From Okeania sp. (GTDB lineage: Bacteria > Cyanobacteriota > Cyanobacteriia > Cyanobacteriales > Microcoleaceae), in contig NZ_JAYKGW010000246.1 of NCBI RefSeq assembly GCF_035285525.1, positions 1 to 21,347 of the forward strand: a DNA stretch of 21,347 bases. Reading direction: 5' to 3'. The notes beneath the pieces were generated by a model. It searched no databases. It saw nothing but the letters and a program-made list of their open reading frames with translations, and was not told the DNA's origin. Shown here one piece after another: positions 15,759 to 21,347 of this stretch (the stretch's first letter is position 1; the number at the start of each line of letters is the position of its first letter). The position numbers were made by a program, and so were the translations under genes.

Positions 15759-15895
15759 TAGCAATGCATGAGGATGGTAAGGTACACTTAACAACTACTG
15801 CTGTTCAGCCTTCGTTTGCTGTAACAACCACCGAAGGTTGTGTTACTAAAATTACTAAATAAAATTTTGTACCTCACGCGCCTCCGAAATTGCTG
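15759..15895 (+). mobile_element. Complete GAGGTAC-family MITE
   Basis: TAGCAATGCATGAGGATGGTAAGGTAC ... GTACCTCACGCGCCTCCGAAATTGCTG, with the internal hairpin GTAACAACC-ACCGAA-GGTTGTGTTAC. The ATTACTAAATAAAATTTTG site is uninterrupted here, whereas it is occupied by other MITEs in the copies at 6849/6850 and 19160/19446. Confidence 0.8.
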
Positions 15896-16068
15896 GAAGT
15901 CCTGATAATTTTATCTACACTTCAACCTCCCCATCTCCCCATCTCCCACAACTATATAACGAGTATTCAACCGGATTTTATATAAGTTGGAGAAGAAGGG
16001 GTTAGCGATCGTTAACCTATACACTCATCAATAATAATTCATAACTTACGGAAATGTACTATATATAG

Positions 16069-16215
16069 CAGGACTTACACGGGAGGCACTATATATAGAG
16101 TATTGGTGCGTTGTGCGCTTTTCATGTCGCGCAGCGTTTCGGCGCTTGAGCCGACAAAGCGGAGCTTTGCGGAACGCAAAACGCACCCTACCAATAGCGT
16201 TCGTGCTTAAGTCCT
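16069..16215 (+). mobile_element. Complete 147-bp MITE (CAGGACTTACAC ... GCTTAAGTCCT) with a GC-rich palindromic core
   Basis: The ends are read directly. The subterminal segments CTATATATAGAGTATTGGTGCGTT and AACGCACCCTACCAATAGCGTTCGTG reappear in reverse orientation at 19228..19445. Confidence 0.8.
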
Positions 16216-16998
16216 ATATAGATTAAAAAAAACTATTGCGTATGGGGTTTTAAGGACTATATCTAGAGTCGTTTAACTGAAATGATAGAGTGAAATCTTG
16301 TTAACCTTTATCTAGCAATGGTCTTAAGATGCTTATCACCCCGTGAAATTTTAGACAATAGGCTATCAAAGGCAAATGCCATATCCAATCGACAAAGACA
16401 TGGTATTTCTGCGGTTGATAAAAATTAGTTTTTCTCAAATATTTGCGTATATCTACATATATAAACAATGGTAAATATTGTGAAAATACTTGCTAAATAA
16501 GGTATCAGTAAAATTACCAAAACAGAAAAAAAAAGTTGCAAATTCTCAGTTTAGCGTTAATAGTTATTCCCTTCAATTTGATTGTTTTTGAAGTAAAAAT
16601 CAGTATTTTTAGGTATATTAATTAAAAAGGTATTATCCTGAAGGATTAAAAATAATAATTTGATCTTTGATGTCGTTTTTAATATTGATTCTTTACTTTC
16701 TAAAAAAAACATATTTTCTTTGATATTTAATGATTTAATCTTCAATTTTAACGATTTTTTCTCTATTAAATCTATTTTTTAGCCAATTAAAACTTTTTAT
16801 CATAAACTAATCCAGAATAATTTATTTTTTTTATATATTAAAAAAAAAGCAGAAAAATCATAAACATTACAACTAATATAAGAAAATTAATTTTATTTAA
16901 AACACCACTTTTGTTTCAACATTAAGCATAGCTTTCTTTCTTTAAAATGATAATTAATTCAGTGTTTTTACACAACAAAAAAAGTTTTATATTGGGGG

Positions 16999-17026
16999 TT
17001 ACAAAATAACTCTTAAGGTATATACT
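16999..17026 (+). promoter_or_regulatory. Putative sigma-70-type promoter (TTACAA-16 nt-TATACT) for the CAP-RTX gene
   Basis: The hexamers lie at 16999..17004 and 17021..17026, about 140 nt upstream of the ATG at 17168. The position and spacing are conserved with the paralogous promoter at 14326..14353. Confidence 0.45.
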
Positions 17027-17167
17027 ATATTTATTAAGAATTGGTGAAGGTGAAATAACAATTCCTCCTAAAACTACAAATCAAGTAGTTAGTCAATTCA
17101 CAATAATTAAATAAAAAAATAATTTTTACTTGATCAATTACTGTCGTTTATTTTTACAAAAAGAACC

Positions 17168-18835
17168 ATGACACAACCAACTGCACAAGATCAATATATG
17201 CTCGAATTAGTTAACAGAGGTCGCCTAGATCCAGCAAAAGAAGCTGATAGCCATAGCATAGACCTCAATGAAGGAGTTAGCGCAGAAAATCTAATTTCCA
17301 CAACTCCAAAACAACCTCTAGCATTTAACCTCAACCTCAATACTGCTGCTGAAGGTCATAGTCAATGGCTACTAGATAACGACCTATTTAGCCACACAGG
17401 AGCAAATGGCACAAACTCCAGGGAACGTATGGAAAATGCTGGCTACACATTCACAAGTCCCTCCGGTAGTGGGGAAAATATTGCTGTGCTAGGAACAGAA
17501 GGTAACCTTGACTTCACTAAGTTTGTGGAGGAAAACTACGAAAACCTATTTATTGACAAAGACTATCCTGATCGGAGTCATCGTGTAACTTTGATGAACC
17601 CTAACTTTCAGGAAATCGGGATTTCTTCACTACAAGGAGAATTTACTAATGGTGCTACAACTTTCAACTCAGTGATGAGTACCCAAGACTTTGCCTATTC
17701 TATGGCGAGAGGACCATTTATTACAGGTGTTGCCTACACTGATGAAGATGAAGATAACTTTTATACGGTTGGTGAAGGAATAGGTGGAATAAAAGTTAAG
17801 GCAGTTGATATAGACAATAGTGCTAATACTTTCATAACCACTACTTGGAATGCAGGTGGTTATAGTTTAGATGTTAACCCAAATGCAACTTACAAAGTAA
17901 CCTTTTCTGGTGATTTTGATCAAGATGGTCAAGCAGACGATACGAAAATTTATACAGTTACAGTTGGTTCCGAAAACGTAAAACAAGATCTAGTCACTGA
18001 AAACTTTCCTTCTACTACTTCTCCTTCTACTACCTCTCCAACTGTTATGACTTCTAGAGACGATAATCTCACTGGAGATTCTACTGCTGAATACATTAAA
18101 GTTTTAGCAGGCGACGATATCGTGTTTGGTAGTGATGGCAACGATACTATTGATGGTGGAGTCGGTAATGATATTCTCAATGGTGGTAATGGTCAGGATA
18201 TCCTTAATGGTGGAACAGGTAATGATACCCTAAAAGGGGGAAAAGATGCTGACGAACTCAATGGTAATGAAGGCAATGATTTGCTAAAAGGACAAGGTGG
18301 TAATGATATTCTCAATGGTAACGCTGGTAATGATAAGCTCATTGGTGGCGCGAGTAAGGATATTCTCAATGGTGGCAATGGTAATGATAAGTTAATTGGT
18401 GGTTCTGGTAAGGATATTCTTAATGGTGGCGCTGGTAATGATAAGTTAATTGGTGGCGCTGGTAATGATATTCTCAATGGTGGCAATGGTAATGATAAGT
18501 TAATTGGTGGTTCTGGTAATGATAAGTTAATTGGTGGCGCTGGTAAGGATATTCTTAATGGTGGTGCTGGTGCAGATTTATTTATCTTAGGTGATAGCCA
18601 GATTTACTATGATGATAATGGTGAAGCAGATTACGCCCTTATTTGTACTTTTAATGCGGCTAAAGGCGATCGGATTCAACTATTTCCTGATACTGACTAT
18701 GTTCTCCGGGAAAATGTTTCTGGTTTACCAGCAGGAACAGCTATCTATAGCAACAATGGTAGTGAACTAATTGCTGTTGTTGATGGAGTTACAGGTATGG
18801 ATAATAGTGATTTCATTACACCAACAGCATCTTAG
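17168..18835 (+). CDS. Secreted CAP (SCP/PR-1-like) domain protein with C-terminal RTX hemolysin-type calcium-binding repeats; probable type I secretion substrate
   Basis: The CAP motifs are [36 protein letters not shown]...GENIA and [16 protein letters not shown]. An [11 protein letters not shown] linker follows, then ~19 nonapeptides of GGxGxDxLx type (aa ~298..472). There is no N-terminal signal peptide. The C-terminal tail is acidic and hydrophobic. Confidence 0.9.
   Translation: MTQPTAQDQYMLELVNRGRLDPAKEADSHSIDLNEGVSAENLISTTPKQPLAFNLNLNTAAEGHSQWLLDNDLFSHTGANGTNSRERMENAGYTFTSPSGSGENIAVLGTEGNLDFTKFVEENYENLFIDKDYPDRSHRVTLMNPNFQEIGISSLQGEFTNGATTFNSVMSTQDFAYSMARGPFITGVAYTDEDEDNFYTVGEGIGGIKVKAVDIDNSANTFITTTWNAGGYSLDVNPNATYKVTFSGDFDQDGQADDTKIYTVTVGSENVKQDLVTENFPSTTSPSTTSPTVMTSRDDNLTGDSTAEYIKVLAGDDIVFGSDGNDTIDGGVGNDILNGGNGQDILNGGTGNDTLKGGKDADELNGNEGNDLLKGQGGNDILNGNAGNDKLIGGASKDILNGGNGNDKLIGGSGKDILNGGAGNDKLIGGAGNDILNGGNGNDKLIGGSGNDKLIGGAGKDILNGGAGADLFILGDSQIYYDDNGEADYALICTFNAAKGDRIQLFPDTDYVLRENVSGLPAGTAIYSNNGSELIAVVDGVTGMDNSDFITPTAS
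18059..18583 (+). repeat. RTX nonapeptide-coding repeat block with near-identical 54-nt DNA units
   Basis: GGTGG.(A/G)(A/C)TGGTAATGATAAGTTAATTGGTGG...GGTAAGGATATTCTTAAT recurs nearly verbatim between ~18340 and ~18570. Minus-strand ORFs 17950..18180 and 18193..18486 are shadows of this periodicity. Confidence 0.9.
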
Positions 18836-19008
18836 TCGAGACAAGCGATCGCCAGATTATTTTGAAATTTTAATTGATTCATAAGAAAAGAATTAATATT
18901 TTGCCGACGAATAACTATCTTTGTTTTGTTAGTTATATCATGTCCAGTTGAATAGTTAGGGTTTGCTGAAAAAGAAGGAAACAGGAAACAACTTAGACTA
19001 TGATAGTC

Positions 19009-19068
19009 AGGGTTAAAATTTTATCATTTTGAGACAACAATAGCCAAAAACTAGGTACTTTTTTCGAC
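19009..19068 (-). repeat. Inverted copy of the 12576..12637 dispersed repeat
   Basis: GGTTAAAATTTTATCATTTTGAGACAACAATAGCCAAAAACTAGGTAC is the reverse complement of the left copy apart from a few substitutions. Confidence 0.75.
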
Positions 19069-19161
19069 ATAAATAAAAAGGATAAAACCTTTATTTATCA
19101 AAACTTTTAGATTTACATAAATTTCGGAAGCGCGTGAGGGAGGTACAAAATTTTATTTAGT

Positions 19162-19445
19162 CAGGACTTACGCCGTTACCCTAGATATAGTGGTTAAAAC
19201 TATTGTACAATAGTTTTTTTACTATACTACGACTTACGCATGAACCCTATTGGTAGGGTGCGTTAGCGTAGCGTAACGCACCAATACTCTATGTAGCGTA
19301 ACGCACCAATACTCTATGTAGCGTAACGCACCAATACTCTATATAGCGTAACGCACCAATACTCTATGTAGCGTAACGCACCAATACTCTATATAGCGTA
19401 ACGCACCAATACTCTATGTTATAGTGCCTTTGCGTAAGCCCTGTT
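19162..19445. mobile_element. Composite of two CAGGACTTACGC-family MITEs; the second (about 19228..19445) is a reverse-orientation relative of 16069..16215
   Basis: CAGGACTTACGCCGTTACCCTAGATATAGTGGTTAAAACTATTG... is followed by CGACTTACGCATGAACCCTATTGGTAGGGTGCGTT ... AACGCACCAATACTCTATGTTATAGTGCCTTTGCGTAAGCCCTG. Confidence 0.75.
19270..19419 (+). repeat. Perfectly phased tandem repeat, 6 x 25 bp (AGCGTAACGCACCAATACTCTAT[G/A]T), inside the MITE
   Basis: I counted six units directly. They differ only at position 24 (G or A). The unit sequence equals the MITE's own subterminal segment. Confidence 0.95.
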
Positions 19446-19567
19446 AGTAATAAGTGGTGACAGAACCTTCCAGGTTGTTATAGCCTTGAACGCTGTGTTA
19501 AAGTGGATAGAGATTAATCTGCAATCGACCAAGATCAAAAAAATTCCTTTTAGTCAATCTTCTTCTC

Positions 19568-19772
19568 TATAGAACCCCTAACCGTATCTTTGCGCGCGGT
19601 GCAGATTTTTGGCAAAGGAGACAGGAAGCCAACCCACCCCTAACCCCGACCTTGGAGGTTAACTCAGGAGATAGATAAATAGAATAGAGAAACAAAAATA
19701 GCCCCATATTGACCATCTCCCCATCTCCCCATCTCCCCGGCTAATTTTAGAGACCCATTTAGGGGTTCTATA
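19568..19772 (+). mobile_element. Compact 205-bp MITE with perfect 14-bp TIRs TATAGAACCCCTAA / TTAGGGGTTCTATA
   Basis: The TIRs are read at 19568..19581 and 19759..19772. The interior carries CAACCCACCCCTAACCCC and a (CCATCTCC)3 tract. It corresponds to the uninterrupted form of 12766..13219. Confidence 0.85.
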
Positions 19773-19819
19773 ATAACGAGGTAATAATTAATTATAAAAC
19801 ACCCCCTAGTAACATTCAC

Positions 19820-19964
19820 CAGGACTTACGCAAAACAATGGGTTTCTTTCATTACATCACCCCAGCTTTGCGATAGCAAGCGACAGCGTTTTGCGCTTCG
19901 CAAAACTTTCCTGGCCGAAAGCAATCTCAAATGCCCAAAATTGGTTCCCAATGCGTAAGTCCTG
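19820..19964 (+). mobile_element. Complete 145-bp MITE (CAGGACTTACGCA ... TGCGTAAGTCCTG), relative of 13333..13462
   Basis: It has perfect 13-bp TIRs and the shared AGCGACAGCGTTTTGCGC core. It ends 22 nt from the patatin stop codon. Confidence 0.85.
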
Positions 19965-19986
19965 GTTCACTAAGCCAGATTTTGTA

Positions 19987-21009
19987 TTAGTTGTTATCAA
20001 TAAATTTAGCGATCGCTTCCTTAACTAACATCTGATTCTGATTTGATGGGTTATAATTTTCTGTATAATTAACTTTTTCCTCATTTAAAAAAGACTCTGA
20101 AATTGAAATTAGTCGCTGAATATTTTTTTCTGTAGCATCATCAATAGGATTATTATTTCCAGTTAATTTAAACTGTAAACGTAAATAACCTTTAGCATTA
20201 CTAATACCCAAAATTTGTTCAGCCACTAAATTGTCAGCTCCTGCTTGACCATTGAGTATTAAACTAAACATAGGAATTGCCCATTCAGATAAACCCCAAT
20301 CTACAACTTGTTCAAATTTATAAGCATTAGTAGTCTCACCTGTACCAATAGAAATCACAGAAATTTCTTCTAATTTATGACCTAGTTTAATAGCATAACC
20401 AACTGCTGCTAAAGTAGGATTATTTGCTGCCACACCACCATCAATATATGGATAACTTTTGTCTTGAATTTTTAATTCATAAGGGGGAAAATAAGTAGGT
20501 GCAGACGCAGAGGAAACACATATTTCCCAGAGTGGGATATCAGAGTACCATAGAGAATCTTGATTAACAAAAAAACTAGGGTCATCTTGATACATATTAT
20601 AAGCAACTATCAAAATATTCGGTTTAACTACATCCTTAATTTTGATTGGTACTTGATTTTTAACTGTAAACTTTTTTATCACATTAATTAGACCTTGATT
20701 GGAAAATTTAGGAGCAGAAAGCCCATATTTTCTAATTAAGGGTAATCTTTTTGGAGACCAGCGACTTTGATATGGAAAAATTTCTTGTGTTTCCTTTTTA
20801 TAAAGGTCAATAATTTGATTAACATTCATTCCAGAAACAATTCCTGCGGCAATTAAAGAACCTGTGGAAGTACCAGCAACTAAATCAAAATATTCTTGTA
20901 AAGATTGACCTTTACTTCCTTGAATTTGTTGTTCAATTTGTTGAAGTATTCGTGCTGCCATTACGCCACGAACTCCACCACCGTCTAAGCTCAGAATTTT
21001 AAAAGTCAT
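19987..21009 (-). CDS. Patatin-like phospholipase
   Basis: LSLDGGGVRGV is the GGGxRG oxyanion hole, AGTSTGS is the GxSxG nucleophile elbow, and IDGGVAANNP carries the catalytic Asp of the Ser-Asp dyad. Length is 340 aa, with no signal peptide. Confidence 0.9.
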   Translation of the reverse strand: MTFKILSLDGGGVRGVMAARILQQIEQQIQGSKGQSLQEYFDLVAGTSTGSLIAAGIVSGMNVNQIIDLYKKETQEIFPYQSRWSPKRLPLIRKYGLSAPKFSNQGLINVIKKFTVKNQVPIKIKDVVKPNILIVAYNMYQDDPSFFVNQDSLWYSDIPLWEICVSSASAPTYFPPYELKIQDKSYPYIDGGVAANNPTLAAVGYAIKLGHKLEEISVISIGTGETTNAYKFEQVVDWGLSEWAIPMFSLILNGQAGADNLVAEQILGISNAKGYLRLQFKLTGNNNPIDDATEKNIQRLISISESFLNEEKVNYTENYNPSNQNQMLVKEAIAKFIDNN

Positions 21010-21082
21010 AATTGTATTTTCCTCAGTAAAATAGTTTAACTGTTTAATTGTATCAAGGAAGGAAGGAAGAAGGAAGAAGGCA

Positions 21083-21347
21083 GAATAACAAAGGCAAAAA
21101 AATTACTTTCCTACTTCCTTTTCAACAGAATAATCATTATTAACTATCAGGAAAGAAGAATAATGAAGAATAACAAAGGCAAAAAAATTACTTTCCTACT
21201 TCCTTTTTAACAGAATAATCATTATTAACTATCAGGTAAAGAAGAATAACAAAGGCAAAAAAATTACTTTCCTACTTCCTTTTTAACAGAATAATCATTA
21301 TTAACTATCAGGTAAAGAAGAATAACAAAGGCAAAAAAATTACTTTC
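21083..21347 (+). repeat. Tandem array of a 76-bp unit (at least 3.4 copies; the first unit is 85 bp because of a 9-nt insertion), running off the window edge
   Basis: GAATAACAAAGGC starts at 21083, 21168, 21244 and 21320. The units are near-identical throughout, so there are no unique spacers. Each contains the palindrome AATAATCATTATT (21129, 21214, 21290). Confidence 0.95.

Larger units (their letters stand above)
19115..19522 (-). mobile_element. GAGGTAC-family MITE in minus orientation, split by insertion of a composite MITE (19162..19445) and truncated at its far end
   Basis: ATTTCGGAAGCGCGTGAGGGAGGTACAAAATTTTATTTAG (19121..19160) is the reverse of the right arm. The stretch 19446..19522 (…GACAGAACCTTCCAGGTTGTTATAG…GGATAGAGATTAATC) is the reverse of the hairpin and left-central part seen at 6765..6849. 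Confidence 0.7.

Noticed and set aside
16557-16745. 62-aa minus-strand ORF inside the AT-rich leader region of the CAP-RTX gene.
   Set aside because: Its low-complexity K/N/I/F-rich translation is typical of random frames in >80% AT DNA, and the frame is not conserved in the paralogous region at 13900..14100.
17950-18486. Two minus-strand ORFs (17950..18180 and 18193..18486) antisense to the CAP-RTX gene.
   Set aside because: Their translations ([17 protein letters not shown]...) are periodic shadows of the GGxGxDxLx coding repeats on the opposite strand.
9424-18835. Possible functional coupling between the Ca2+-exporting P-type ATPase and the Ca2+-binding RTX protein.
   Set aside because: The genes are on opposite strands, separated by ~5 kb of repeats and a pseudogene. 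Proximity alone is weak evidence, so I treat this as coincidence unless co-regulation is shown.
12576-19068. The inverted 60-bp repeats (12576..12637 and 19009..19068) flanking the CAP-RTX region suggested a composite transposon or invertible segment.
   Set aside because: The homology is only ~60 bp. Other shared repeat families in the two flanks are in mixed (direct and inverted) orientations. No transposase, invertase or integrase is encoded between them.
19270-19419. The 6 x 25-bp phased repeat was considered as a possible mini-CRISPR or iteron origin.
   Set aside because: The units are contiguous with no spacers and lie inside a recognisable MITE whose subterminal sequence they copy. No replication or cas genes are nearby.
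21083-21347. The regularly spaced 76-bp repeats at the window edge could be mistaken for a CRISPR array.
   Set aside because: The whole 76-bp unit repeats nearly verbatim, so there are no unique spacers. No cas genes are in the window, and the unit lacks a typical CRISPR repeat/spacer partition.

Overview
AT-rich (roughly 35% GC by eye) chromosomal segment from a filamentous, Nostocales-like cyanobacterium. Supporting this: at least a dozen HIP1 octamers (GCGATCGC), xisH/xisI genes, and very dense MITE and small-dispersed-repeat content. Confident genes are cobH and cobI (cobalamin pathway, + strand), a large dCache-HAMP hybrid sensor kinase, a REC-first histidine kinase, a P2-type Ca2+ ATPase, a CAP-domain/RTX calcium-binding secreted protein, a patatin-like phospholipase, and two xisH-xisI modules. 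There are three decayed genes. Both xisH copies are broken while both xisI partners are intact. A tandem paralog of the CAP-RTX gene is reduced to a ~500-bp remnant by a frameshift, a ~1.3-kb internal deletion and a MITE insertion. A 186-aa orphan ORF directly follows that remnant and looks like a polymorphic-toxin immunity protein. Almost every intergenic region is a mosaic of nested MITEs from at least five families recognisable inside this window, and several show insertion events directly. I see no transposase, integrase, CRISPR array, tRNA or rRNA, and no complete multi-gene system of an obviously new kind. The best candidates for follow-up are the asymmetric xisH/xisI decay (toxin-antitoxin-like behaviour), the CAP-RTX remnant with its orphan immunity-like gene, and the 76-bp tandem array upstream of the patatin gene. 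All family assignments come from motif recognition by eye, not database searches.
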